Positions 37,301 through 44,630 of a stretch of 57,215 nucleotides of DNA are shown piece after piece. The translations under genes and the position numbers were made by a program. The notes below the pieces were generated by a model that was given only the letters and a program-made list of their open reading frames with translations, was not told the origin of the DNA and did not search any database. Origin of the DNA: a virus (lineage: Duplodnaviria > Caudoviricetes); IMG/VR virus record IMGVR_UViG_3300037167_000012, positions 1 to 57,215 of that record; one strand, 5' to 3'. How positions within the stretch are numbered: position 1 is the first letter of the stretch; every line of letters begins with the position of its first letter.

Positions 37301-39201
37301 CATTGAAAGACATGAAGGATGCCGTCAGCGGGAAGCCAATCGCAATGGATGCAACTCCGGGGCATCCCCGCCAGTTGGTCAATCCAGATACCGGCGAGAA
37401 AGAATTTCACGGAGACCCGTGGCAGGCCCCTTCCCCGGAGTATGAAATGATAAAGCCGACTGATTCTGGAACCCCGATTGCCGTCCTGAAGCCCTACGCC
37501 GGGCTGATGAAGACCTGCACGGCAGAAAGCGCATTTCGCGGGTCTCCGGCAGGGGAACTTTCGGTTTATTTTAGTTCGATGCTTAAGCACGGCGTCGTAC
37601 TGGTGGGAGACACGTTTCATTACAGCCGCTTGATGCAGTACGGAACCGCAATGCGGAGAGGGGTGCCCTCATTCAACAACGGTTTTGCCGCACTGATGTA
37701 TCGGGCCGAGGATTTGGCGGGGCCGAATGGGGAGCCGGGGCCAGCGGTCAAGTCGGGAGAGGTTTATCCAGAATCGGCAAAATGGGCGCTGGCAAAGGAG
37801 GCCGTCATAGACGACGCTGGAACCCACAAACTGATGAGTCATCAGGAGGTTTTGCAGGAGATGGTCGGGCGAGGTCTTAATGCGACCCGCATTGGAGATG
37901 CCATCTATAAGGACGCAGTCCAGAAGATTCCGCTTGTGGGCGAGGTGCTTTACAAGGCGGTCGGCCCCTGGAACCGATTCCTGTTTGACCGCTTCATGCC
38001 TGGACTGATTTCCGATGGTGCGGTCAGGAATTTTGTGAAGCTGCACCAGGCGAACCCGGACGTGCCTTACTCGAAGCTGATGCGGGATGTCATCACTGAC
38101 ATGAACGTCTATTATGGAAACATGGGCAGGCAGGGAGTGTTCACCAATCCGACACTTCGGGATGCGGCTCAAGTGACCATGCTGGCTCCGATGTGGCAGG
38201 AGGGGCTGATTGGAAAGGAATTGAGGACGATGGGAAGACTGACGGGCATCTCAAACCTGACGGGTCGAAGGGGCGTGCCGCAACTGGGCGCGCTGGGTGG
38301 GGCGGTCACTCGCGGCCTTGCCTCCTACTTCCTGCTGACCCAAGCCATCAACCTGGTTACGCGCCGCCAACTGACCTTTCAGAACAAAGAGAAGGGGCAT
38401 GAGTTGGATGCGTGGATTCCGACGGGCGAAAAGACCGGGATTTGGATTTCCCCGATGTCGGTATTCGCGGAGAAGACCCACGACTTGATACGCCTTTGTG
38501 AGGCCAAGCCCAAAGCGTGGGATGCCATTACCCAAATGGGTGAGAATGCGCTGGGGCCAGTGGGCAAGTTTGCCCACGTCCTGAGAAGCAGCCGGTCTCC
38601 GTCGGGAGAATACCTGACCACCACCCCGTCCGTTATTTCAACAGCAGTTGAGCAGTTGACCCCCACCCCAATTTCTCTAGGCAAGGGAATCCAGTGGGCC
38701 GGATATGCGGCAGGCGTTAGTCCAAAACCTGAACCCGGAACCACTTGGCGGCAAATGATTGCATCTGGAATGGGAATCAAAACCCAGCCCGGACAAGACG
38801 CCAACACTCAGGCTGAGGCGTCGGCCCGGAAGTTCGCGCAGGACAACATGCTCAAAAGCGATTCACAGGTCATCATTCCAACGGACGAGCCGAGCTACGC
38901 CAAGCTGCGCCATGCGTTCAAGATTGGGGATGAAGGTTCAACCAAGAAGATTTTCGATACGCTGGTTTCCAAACGCAAGACCGGCCAAAGCGCCTATGCC
39001 CGCCGTGAGCAGATTGTGAAGGACATGCAGAACTGGGCGCGCCGGCCATTCACTGGAAGCAATAACGGAGACCGGCTGTGGATTCATTCCATGACCGATG
39101 CTGAACGGGAGATGTACAGCAATGCCGTCCAGCAACGCTACGAGCTGCTATACGGCTGGGAGAAGTGGTATCTGACGCAGGTGGGCAATCCGGGTCAGTG
39201 A
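31390..39201 (+). CDS. Giant internal virion/ejection protein (2603 aa) with zincin-like HExxH domain
   Basis: VEFPDGMADEQIKAAL start; GHERIH at 33025-33042; last gene of the structural block. Confidence 0.75.
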   Translation: MPTKIQVEGVGLVEFPDGMADEQIKAALDKEYGQPQAAPFRGALSSLEQGAGLIPKAAAAVQEYLTPKVQRTNVPLWNGEQGDRSGPMSIQSGGQTHTASPPAAIPNAFEVVPRTPLEVVAATKTNPLYKIGQTAAESVPMTPLQEKSNWTKAGEMAGSGAKMALGPLAIPAYAAEPLGEIPDEYTNIKQSNPQMPDDEAADQALSRSVDKGLLTALVFYAIPAAMRKPLGKYLAAKMGTTGFKAWVGGRIGAATEGGVLGAALDLSQKSVEGQKPDSQTAKSAAGLAMANVLFPWREGFKKGAQNASGKPGAAGAAQPEVRPQVGEKTPLRQPGETAGAQTPAAPVEGKAEVPLRAKNYDVQFDDGMNRWVVVNPAGGIESDHPTQSIAVNEANKLHDRDEAAAKPKDILLTREEAEPGGHDKIQAIADKYHLSWDDAVKLVSKERDRYGMVKNLAPESAAEPAKSDLEDEYQSIINEAAAKMDVPVRSVDETDPNQPFSSKKAIGIATIDRKTGTILVNQKRMARFLGAMSPDRRAQAIRSILGHERIHLAATDEDAITYLKSLSGLEVRIGKSIYSMGSTLNEMSDTLWGHELLRQRIEKLSGWRTEEVINAVGKQRWKLESLNALESVVRNIRTRLGTNISPEIRAILDRVQSNITLGKAVASGVSPMAQPGEDETGEQKLNKRQKKNRKADALVNMNTRESISARAKIDEHEALFGKMIGDSGKAADTYGTKIGTRQDFLTRFYKDAGNRAFNEIGEDKDTEEWFVNKFSKDHGVGEGEAREWLSKYRELRDNYHRAVLREWVKSLDETLEFQKKKLQDEPDDAHLQNFIRENQEMRDRFSRELDSGSDQQSFPARPERSKKEDPNQGVFDTIRSAAKFSQMRLAAAGDQEVMAGAEKQKFKDAMGSLAPKEPGPTPRAPNPKAEKMADDVGGLKYIGEWNVKGKPYWMFNITQEGRETTMVVPDTATVDDLAKKKADKIKEYDEAAGQEQFPMSAERGRPSNRKESVNQDKMDFAGASVNTVEEAQKPVPEGERLSAEKAGALPPLSAADLENRADKWMKEQVAATMDKAVKAPTAGGSVALPTFKEFVESMKKQQGGVQPGQLKEMWQGAVDRTLSAASDDQLRAMIQAGFGRESKLARFSRAALSYTKDTPPLELEGEIGVKTSREESAEAAAGRLKRAKDAERPAMFERKASERQEAKEERNAPRRRRMIVSALFKRMVLPAYREDALPQDRKTVTPSEIRYGGGKEISAYQSFDATSQNDPELGKMLVDDARRSGEDPVTTTKRLTVIMDKKSGKVAMVSTYNHPTKGTMLVDPVHPQGHHAPLDDVLKRYRVLYSVLLDQPVKGFKRTFDSVADYNDRFGKEAQGNYSRETSYDPRNVPISEFTEGVEGTEGLEGEGGDVMGPGKKAAMAVTGVGEGASERGSHTPITDVEASAVNNHVVDTLGEEPANPDEVVDVIFDIQDRIGNYQKAAEQYSKLSEELDKIKENPEEGWSEKEKKDAKRIGSQLSKLRIQMDGAKVNPSAISGISKIAQLLQRENPDLTTEELVNKLAQTIYEDKNLEATVARTEKSAAAKAGETARPEVQAKPSETGRDLNMLNRRPPTDVRPENVPPGTMPEFTHNPPVPEATTTPRNPDYLSPEDAEWVNALSLMPEFHADAKDAVRQAAAYKPTEFVPTVEYPEPAKEGERTLTDRPKQPQLKEQSPMSAERLSNELDKKRRQINAVWLRRSSKMEITAAADGADNLAPVAGEHARRTLRLVNKDEMVRSTPIALLACGKVGENPNTGKKFFFYDQKALDSKITQAKLGAIKAQGVMDDPKTSFKEWRLAKQMKAAAERLELIAQYTKDHFKDQDVKDMAMACRRELYDQLVREHEHGVSTTDFGETYFPTRYEGEMFNLDTIRFGSDETIGNRFTARKVFRDHYEAIMHGPFIPKSYDAADIISHRVRQGARAIGRRMWVEALKDMKDAVSGKPIAMDATPGHPRQLVNPDTGEKEFHGDPWQAPSPEYEMIKPTDSGTPIAVLKPYAGLMKTCTAESAFRGSPAGELSVYFSSMLKHGVVLVGDTFHYSRLMQYGTAMRRGVPSFNNGFAALMYRAEDLAGPNGEPGPAVKSGEVYPESAKWALAKEAVIDDAGTHKLMSHQEVLQEMVGRGLNATRIGDAIYKDAVQKIPLVGEVLYKAVGPWNRFLFDRFMPGLISDGAVRNFVKLHQANPDVPYSKLMRDVITDMNVYYGNMGRQGVFTNPTLRDAAQVTMLAPMWQEGLIGKELRTMGRLTGISNLTGRRGVPQLGALGGAVTRGLASYFLLTQAINLVTRRQLTFQNKEKGHELDAWIPTGEKTGIWISPMSVFAEKTHDLIRLCEAKPKAWDAITQMGENALGPVGKFAHVLRSSRSPSGEYLTTTPSVISTAVEQLTPTPISLGKGIQWAGYAAGVSPKPEPGTTWRQMIASGMGIKTQPGQDANTQAEASARKFAQDNMLKSDSQVIIPTDEPSYAKLRHAFKIGDEGSTKKIFDTLVSKRKTGQSAYARREQIVKDMQNWARRPFTGSNNGDRLWIHSMTDAEREMYSNAVQQRYELLYGWEKWYLTQVGNPGQ
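32306..32455 (+). CDS. Overprinted 49-aa basic protein (+1 frame inside the giant gene)
   Basis: GAAAGGAG SD 6 nt before ATG; MPAVSQAQRALLNQKFGHKWVKKHHFDNRGKLPEHK... Confidence 0.6.
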   Translation: MPAVSQAQRALLNQKFGHKWVKKHHFDNRGKLPEHKRQQHQWKEKRKFL

Positions 39202-39368
39202 GCCTTTTCTTTTTTACAGTTTTCACAGATATACCCTACCCGCCAACCAAACCAAACACCGGGAGTCACCTCCTGGATGGCTTTTGGCTTTTGGCAAACG
39301 TCGCATTTCCCATCGAATCTCTCCACCCAATCGTCCTTAGGGGTATTAAGTAAGAATGCTTTCATAAT

Positions 39369-40184
39369 TCAAACCTTCCAAACGCACTGATTCACGATGT
39401 TCTCAAGGTCTTCGGCAGTGCCGCCGAGCTTGACGAATTCCCGGATGTCCTTGGTGGGCAGAATGACGGTCGCGCAGGGGACTCCAATGACCTCAGCCAG
39501 CCTCTGAGCACCATCAAGCCCCGGATTGTATTTGTGGCCGACCAGCTCCTTGTCGGGGTCATTGTCCGCAATGATGACTAATCGGCTGATTTTGAGCCTA
39601 GGAAGGGCTGTGGCGAGGTCTGATGAGCCGCCGCTACAAGATGGTCTCCCGATGGTAAAAAGCCCCAGCGTGAGGCCAGCGGCGCAATCTGTCGGCCCCT
39701 CCACGATGTAAGCCGTCGGCTGAACGGTCATGTAAGGCAGAAATAACCCCTGCTTTGACCCCTTGACCGCCCATTTCTCCCCATTTTCACTGCGTAATCT
39801 GATGCCAACGGCCATCCCAGTGGCCCCAGAACGCATCGGAAAGGCCCAAGCCTTGTGTTCTGGTGCCCATGCCGCCCTCAATTCGAGCAGGGAAGCCCCC
39901 GAAACCCCAAGGTTTGTGGCCAGTCGAGCAATCCAGTCGGCTCTTGTTTCGGTCAGCCACCGCCTCATCATGGCCTCAGCGTCAATCACCGGCGCTGGTT
40001 TCTCTCGATGAATGACCGGCTTGGGATGCTCGCCGCCGAGCTTATGAATCCATCCCTGTGACCCATCTTTGAACGTGTGGGGCCGGTCTGAGGATGACCT
40101 CATGCAGATTGCGATGTCATCGAAGATAAGGCAGTAATCCGGCTTTCCGCACGCAGGGCAAGGATTCTGTTTGCTGACTCTCAT
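39369..40184 (-). CDS. DNA primase (Zn finger + TOPRIM)
   Basis: CPACGKPDYC..C; YIVEGPTD; IIADND; KDIRE. Confidence 0.88.
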   Translation of the reverse strand: MRVSKQNPCPACGKPDYCLIFDDIAICMRSSSDRPHTFKDGSQGWIHKLGGEHPKPVIHREKPAPVIDAEAMMRRWLTETRADWIARLATNLGVSGASLLELRAAWAPEHKAWAFPMRSGATGMAVGIRLRSENGEKWAVKGSKQGLFLPYMTVQPTAYIVEGPTDCAAGLTLGLFTIGRPSCSGGSSDLATALPRLKISRLVIIADNDPDKELVGHKYNPGLDGAQRLAEVIGVPCATVILPTKDIREFVKLGGTAEDLENIVNQCVWKV

Positions 40185-40513
40185 AGGTCAAGTATTATCT
40201 CGGTGCGCTCATCTTCTTTGTGGGCAACCTTTTTCTGGCCGACTTCGACGGTGATGTCTTCTTGCCGGTCGTTAGGTATGAGGCCAGAGTATCGAAGGCC
40301 GTCCACAAAATATTTGATGACAGGGTTGTCTGGGTCGAGCAGTTTTTGGCGGAAGCTGACAACCCGCACAGCAATGCGTTTTGTGTCTTCCTTCTCTCCG
40401 CCGTCCTGTCCCAGTGGCTCATTTTGAACAGCAGGTTCAGCGACGGGACTGGGTGGAACACGACGATTTTTATTCTCATAATTCCTCAGTTCTTCAGGTG
40501 TCCAGTTTGGCAT
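40181..40513 (-). CDS. RusA-like Holliday junction resolvase
   Basis: DPDNPVIKYFVDGLRYSGLIPND. Confidence 0.75.
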   Translation of the reverse strand: MPNWTPEELRNYENKNRRVPPSPVAEPAVQNEPLGQDGGEKEDTKRIAVRVVSFRQKLLDPDNPVIKYFVDGLRYSGLIPNDRQEDITVEVGQKKVAHKEDERTEIILDL

Positions 40514-40517
40514 ATAG

Positions 40518-40853
40518 TCATGGTGCCATAGTGACCGCCTTGTCCGGCATAAAGGCGAACGTCTCAGTTCTGAAATCGGCCAGCGTCCTGATCAATGCCG
40601 GTATCTGGTTTTCCTCAATCATCTGGGCTGACCGGCGCTGCTTATGGGCCTTCTTCTTGTAATCATTGGCCCCGTCCAGCCAGTATTGCCTCTCTCCTTC
40701 GGTCAGTTTTGGATTGTTGGATTCCTTGATGTTATTCTTGACGATGATGTCCATGTCGTCGGCGTTCTGCAAGGCCCGCCTGAGCGACCTGCGTTTCTTG
40801 GCGATGGCCAGCCGGATTTCCAGCTCGGTCTCGAATCTGCGTTGTTTGCTCAT
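40518..40853 (-). CDS. Hypothetical coiled-coil protein
   Basis: Start MSKQRRF chosen by ATGA overlap with 40850. Confidence 0.6.
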   Translation of the reverse strand: MSKQRRFETELEIRLAIAKKRRSLRRALQNADDMDIIVKNNIKESNNPKLTEGERQYWLDGANDYKKKAHKQRRSAQMIEENQIPALIRTLADFRTETFAFMPDKAVTMAP

Positions 40854-41044
40854 ATAATCTTTCTCCAAAATCTGCAAGCCCATGTCTCGATGCTTTTTTG
40901 TCCATCGCGCCTTATTCTTAATCTCTTGCCGTAATAATCCTTCGGGGGAATGATACTGATAACAACTCCAGTAAGGGAAGTGAGTCCCCATTTCTGGATT
41001 GTTTTGGTCATCACCACTCTATCTCCTATCTCTATTTTGCTCAT
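40850..41044 (-). CDS. Small SH3/KOW-like protein
   Basis: IEIGDRVVM...TGVVISI; ATGA overlap with helicase stop. Confidence 0.6.
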   Translation of the reverse strand: MSKIEIGDRVVMTKTIQKWGLTSLTGVVISIIPPKDYYGKRLRIRRDGQKSIETWACRFWRKII

Positions 41045-42723
41045 GGTTTTATTGCCTCTCTTGTTGGTTGATTGCGTTTCCATCCTGCGTCAGCCACCTC
41101 TTGGATGAGCCTCGACGCTTCAATTTGTTTCATGTCTCTGGTGCTCAATTCAGGATACCACTTCTTGACCAGCTTGCATTGACCGGGCGTGGCCAGTTTG
41201 CCTTTGAACCGGCGCATGATTTCCCCGATGAGCCTTACCGCCTCAGTGTAACTGTAATCGTCAGGGTTGAATCCTTGCCTGACCAAGAAATTGCTGCCCT
41301 TCTCCGAAAGCACGCGCACGTTGTCCCATGCGCCGTGACGAACGGGATGAATGTCCATCACATTGAACGCATCCACGGTCTGCGTGCTGTATTGCACCTT
41401 CGCCAGCAGTCGGTTCTTGCGGGCCTGTTCAGCCAGCCGTTGAGCTTCCAGCTTCTTGCGTATCTTTTCCTCCTCATCTTTGAGCAGGTCGGTCATCAGC
41501 ACCGGCACCGCCGACTGCCTGACGGTATCGGCGGCCTTGCGTGCGGCCTCCTCGCTCACGTTTCCGCTCAGGATGTCGGCAGTACACACCAGCTTATGTC
41601 GGCCAGAGTCCCCAGCGAAGTCCACCAGTCTGCATCTAGGCTTGGCGCTCAGTGAAATAGCCAGCTTTCTTGACGCTCTAGTTGGGTGGGGGTCAACAAC
41701 CCCCGCCAGCGGCCTCATGCAGCGACCGGCTCGCTGGGTATATCGCAACCTCGACTTTGTTGGCGACGCCATTATCACTACCTCCACCTCCGGGCAGTCA
41801 AATCCCTCGGTATAAACATTACAGTTACACAGCACCTGGATTCCGCCCGACTTGAAATCTTCCAACAACTGCCTGCGGGAATCCTTGGGGGTTTTCCCGC
41901 AGACCCATCCAGCCATTCCTGAACGGTGGCGGTTAAATATGTCGCAAAGAATCTCAGCCTGCTTGACTGACGCGGTAAAAACAATCGCCCGCTTGGTTCC
42001 TATGATGGGGATGGAAGCGCCCGCCACTCCTTGCAGGTTACGCTCGGATTCCATGACCGCCGATAGCTCCTTGCCGTTCAGGTCTCCCGCCGTCGTCTTG
42101 ATATGGGAGAAGTCCAAACCAGCTATCGTCACCATCTGCTGCTCTACCGGCACCAGCCAGCCGTCGTGGATTGCATCGAGTATCGGGTATTCAAATGCAG
42201 CCGACTGGAATACCCGCCCCAAAGCCTCCTCATCCGACCTGTCTGGTGTCGCCGTCAGCCCCAGCACCTTTAGGTTCGGGTTGTTTGACGTGAAATAGTG
42301 GATGATGTTTTTGTATGTTTTGGCTGTCGCTCTGTGGGCCTCATCTATAACCAGAAGACCAAACTCTTTTGGGTTTAGACGACCCATCCTTGTTCGGTCT
42401 CCACAGGCCGAATTCAGAGTTTGAACCGTGGCGATTACGACCGGACTTTTGGTGTAGATGTTGTTGGAAGCCATCAGTTCGCCCATTTCGATGGAGCAGT
42501 CCAAGCCAGTGGTCTCCATGATTTTGTCACGGGCTTGGAAGATTAGCTCCTCACGGTGGGCGACGACGAGCGCCCTCTGCGGCTGCACGTCTCCCACCAG
42601 CAGGGCAAATACGATGGTCTTGCCAGTGCCGGTGGGCATCACGGCCATTGTGGATGTGAATTCTAGCCACTTCTCCACAATGGCCTGCCGTATCGCCTGC
42701 TGGTAATCTCTTGGAGTTATCAT
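41041..42723 (-). CDS. Superfamily 2 DExH helicase
   Basis: PRDYQ, PTGTGKT, DEAH, TATP, TEGFD, QRAGR. Confidence 0.95.
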   Translation of the reverse strand: MITPRDYQQAIRQAIVEKWLEFTSTMAVMPTGTGKTIVFALLVGDVQPQRALVVAHREELIFQARDKIMETTGLDCSIEMGELMASNNIYTKSPVVIATVQTLNSACGDRTRMGRLNPKEFGLLVIDEAHRATAKTYKNIIHYFTSNNPNLKVLGLTATPDRSDEEALGRVFQSAAFEYPILDAIHDGWLVPVEQQMVTIAGLDFSHIKTTAGDLNGKELSAVMESERNLQGVAGASIPIIGTKRAIVFTASVKQAEILCDIFNRHRSGMAGWVCGKTPKDSRRQLLEDFKSGGIQVLCNCNVYTEGFDCPEVEVVIMASPTKSRLRYTQRAGRCMRPLAGVVDPHPTRASRKLAISLSAKPRCRLVDFAGDSGRHKLVCTADILSGNVSEEAARKAADTVRQSAVPVLMTDLLKDEEEKIRKKLEAQRLAEQARKNRLLAKVQYSTQTVDAFNVMDIHPVRHGAWDNVRVLSEKGSNFLVRQGFNPDDYSYTEAVRLIGEIMRRFKGKLATPGQCKLVKKWYPELSTRDMKQIEASRLIQEVADAGWKRNQPTREAIKP

Positions 42724-42724
42724 T

Positions 42725-42988
42725 TTATGAATGCAACATAACCTGTTGAACTTTTTGACCTGCTAATGTGGGCGATATTGTCCACCCGCCCCACGGAGTC
42801 CGATAGCTGCTGAACTGCATTTGTGGGTGTCCTTTGAGTTTCACAATCACAACAGCGTCGGGGCTGATTTTGGGGCGGAACACGTTACTGTTCTCAGGAA
42901 TCAATTCAGCCGCAGCTTTGCGTTGGTAATACGCCGCAATCCTTTGCTGCTTCCTGTTTTTGTAACCACTTGAATGATAACGAGACAT
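42725..42988 (-). CDS. Hypothetical protein
   Basis: Stop 1 nt before helicase ATG. Confidence 0.6.
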   Translation of the reverse strand: MSRYHSSGYKNRKQQRIAAYYQRKAAAELIPENSNVFRPKISPDAVVIVKLKGHPQMQFSSYRTPWGGWTISPTLAGQKVQQVMLHS

Positions 42989-43026
42989 GCTAATTAGTTG
43001 ATTTTAGGTGATGGTTAATTGCTTTG

Positions 43027-43287
43027 TTAAGCCAAATACCAATAGACGCGCTGTTTCCGCTCCTTGTAGAGTCGGACGACCGACACGCGGCCAGCCTTGT
43101 TGCGGTTCGTGAATGAGTATTCAGACATTTCTGGCGTGTGAATTTTTACGTCGATATACCACCCATGATTCACAAGAGCAGATTGAACTTGCTCAAATGT
43201 TTTTCCACGCTTTTGGCCTAACAAGCGGTTGGAGCCAACGTCCACCGCGCCTTCAGTTTGTTGTTGAGTTGTTTGCATATTGTTCAC
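43027..43287 (-). CDS. Cassette 1 hypothetical protein
   Basis: Starts in attC1 loop; stop TAA is the TTA of the GTTAAGC core. Confidence 0.6.
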   Translation of the reverse strand: MNNMQTTQQQTEGAVDVGSNRLLGQKRGKTFEQVQSALVNHGWYIDVKIHTPEMSEYSFTNRNKAGRVSVVRLYKERKQRVYWYLA

Positions 43288-43332
43288 TTTCAGTTTTCCG
43301 GCGGTGGCCGTTGCTCACCCGCAGCGTTATCT
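43216..43332 (+). repeat. attC site 1 (117 bp)
   Basis: GCCTAAC-AAGCGGTTGGAGCCAACGTCCACCGC...GCGGTGGCCGTTGCTCACCCGCAGC-GTTATCT; two extra bases in left arm. Confidence 0.85.
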
Positions 43333-43643
43333 GGCTCAGGTTCCCATTTCATCGGGAGCGCCAAGCCATAGGACGCCAGCAGTATTTTCCCGCATTTATT
43401 GCAGGGGCACTCCACTTGCTGGTCATGCCTTCTGTTCATTTTGGAGAGGTAGCCCGTATGGTTACAAAATCGCTGTCGGAGCCAGATAACACCGCGCCGG
43501 AGCCAATCGGGCTTGCCCTTCCAGTTTGCGCGGCGGCTTCTATTGCGGTCATCACACTCGCACCAACCACACATGTCAGGCCCGGAGCCGGCCAGCCCTT
43601 GAAGCTCGATTCCGCAGCGTTTGCATTTCAGAGGTTCTATCAT
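43290..43643 (-). CDS. Cassette 2 Cys-rich hypothetical protein
   Basis: GAAAGGA SD, ATGA overlap, CxxC pairs. Confidence 0.65.
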   Translation of the reverse strand: MIEPLKCKRCGIELQGLAGSGPDMCGWCECDDRNRSRRANWKGKPDWLRRGVIWLRQRFCNHTGYLSKMNRRHDQQVECPCNKCGKILLASYGLALPMKWEPEPDNAAGEQRPPPEN

Positions 43644-43685
43644 TTGTTCCTTTCGACGCCCGATTGCTCAGCTTGGACGTTGGGC
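43484..43685 (+). repeat. attC site 2 (202 bp, long coding loop)
   Basis: AGATAAC-ACCGCGCCGGAGCCAATCGGGC...GCCCGATTGCTCAGCTTGGAC-GTTGGGC. Confidence 0.75.
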
Positions 43686-43966
43686 TGCTTTTCGCGATCT
43701 CGCAGTTTGTTGCCGCCTGCCACGCGATAGAACTTGTCGAGGTCGCGTTTTTCTTTCGGGTCTAGTGGTCTGCCAAAGACCCTCTCAAAAGTGCTTCGAG
43801 ATGCACCGCACCGCTCGCACACATCTCCACTCCATGAGTTGTAGTGGGTTACTCGGATGCGCCTGATTTTATGGATTCCAAGTTTGCAGAGCATTCGGGC
43901 GAGCAGCCCAACAAGCCCGCCGGAGCCAACATCGGTTGGCCGCTTCAGTTTTTCGATAGCATTCAT
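43640..43966 (-). CDS. Cassette 3 hypothetical protein (C-x4-H ... CxxC)
   Basis: GAAAGGAC SD and ATG lie inside attC3 loop; LCKLGIHK...CERCG. Confidence 0.65.
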   Translation of the reverse strand: MNAIEKLKRPTDVGSGGLVGLLARMLCKLGIHKIRRIRVTHYNSWSGDVCERCGASRSTFERVFGRPLDPKEKRDLDKFYRVAGGNKLRDREKQPNVQAEQSGVERNK

Positions 43967-44017
43967 TGTTAGTCCTTTCGTCATTAGTCCGATGTGGCTC
44001 ATCGGGCAGCGTTAGGC
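43906..44017 (+). repeat. attC site 3 (112 bp)
   Basis: GCCCAAC-AAGCCCGCCGGAGCCAACATCGG...CCGATGTGGCTCATCGGGCAGC-GTTAGGC. Confidence 0.88.
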
Positions 44018-44223
44018 GGCATGGCGTCGCTCATCGTTTTTCCGTCCGCTGTCAGGATAAGGAATGAGCCTTTGCACTCCTCGCCGTGATATTTATGATT
44101 CGTGACAACCAAGTTTGCGGTGTGCTTATTTTGCGCGACCGGCACTTGATTCTGGCACGCCGGACATATTGCCAGAGGCCGGTTATCTCTTTTTTTTCTT
44201 TCGTATCTCATAAAATGCCGCAT
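43999..44223 (-). CDS. Cassette 4 zinc-finger-like protein
   Basis: CPAC...H...CKGS; stop inside attC3 right arm. Confidence 0.6.
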   Translation of the reverse strand: MRHFMRYERKKRDNRPLAICPACQNQVPVAQNKHTANLVVTNHKYHGEECKGSFLILTADGKTMSDAMPPNAAR

Positions 44224-44328
44224 AACAAGTGCGTCGAGCCAATCCCGGTTGGCCGCTGCACTTTATTCGTTCAGGTTTCTGGTTGTTGTGTGTCGTGAGT
44301 CCGGGATGGCTCACGCACGACGTTAGAT
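44220..44328 (+). repeat. attC site 4 (109 bp)
   Basis: GCATAAC-AAGTG-CGTCGAGC-CAATCCCGG...CCGGGATG-GCTCACG-CACGAC-GTTAGAT; canonical 5/6-bp spacers and extrahelical C and A. Confidence 0.92.
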
Positions 44329-44544
44329 GCTTTCGAGTAGCGACAGATGGCTGGCGCGTTCTCGCATCAGGCCACAGTCGCAGGCTTCCGATTCGTTCGT
44401 GATTATTCCAAGCTTGCCGTTGGCGTTGGTCACTTTGGAGACGAAGCACCAGTCAAAGTGCCGTCCGTAGTTTTCGAGCGCGGAGTTTTTCGTTACCAGC
44501 GCGGCTCGCAGAGCTTCGATTTTTTGTTGTTCGTTCATACGCAT
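44323..44544 (-). CDS. Cassette 5 hypothetical protein
   Basis: H..WC...CDCG motif; start at attC5 R'', stop in attC4 R'. Confidence 0.6.
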   Translation of the reverse strand: MRMNEQQKIEALRAALVTKNSALENYGRHFDWCFVSKVTNANGKLGIITNESEACDCGLMRERASHLSLLESI

Positions 44545-44630
44545 CTAACCAATCGGTGCAGGCAACGGCGGGTTGCGCTGCGGGTTAATTCGGGCGTCAG
44601 GCTCCGCCGTGCCTGACCTCACTGTTAGCG
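44543..44630 (+). repeat. attC site 5 (88 bp)
   Basis: ATCTAAC-CAATC-GGTGCAGGCAACGGCGG...CCGCCGTGCCTGACC-TCACT-GTTAGCG. Confidence 0.88.

Larger units (their letters stand above)
43027..44624 (+). mobile_element. Array of five integron-type gene cassettes without integrase (CALIN-like)
   Basis: Five attC sites; each cassette's opening R' is complementary to its own R''; cassettes 43027-43326, 43327-43679, 43680-44011, 44012-44322, 44323-44624. Confidence 0.88.

Noticed and set aside
43113-43730. + strand 205-aa ORF (and 44347..44616) as the real cassette genes
   Set aside because: No SD, they cross attC sites arbitrarily and have no motifs; - strand ORFs have SDs, ATGA coupling and Cys motifs
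43216-44630. CRISPR array or simple terminators
   Set aside because: Units are non-identical palindromes 88-202 bp long separated by genes and lack U-tails; attC architecture explains them
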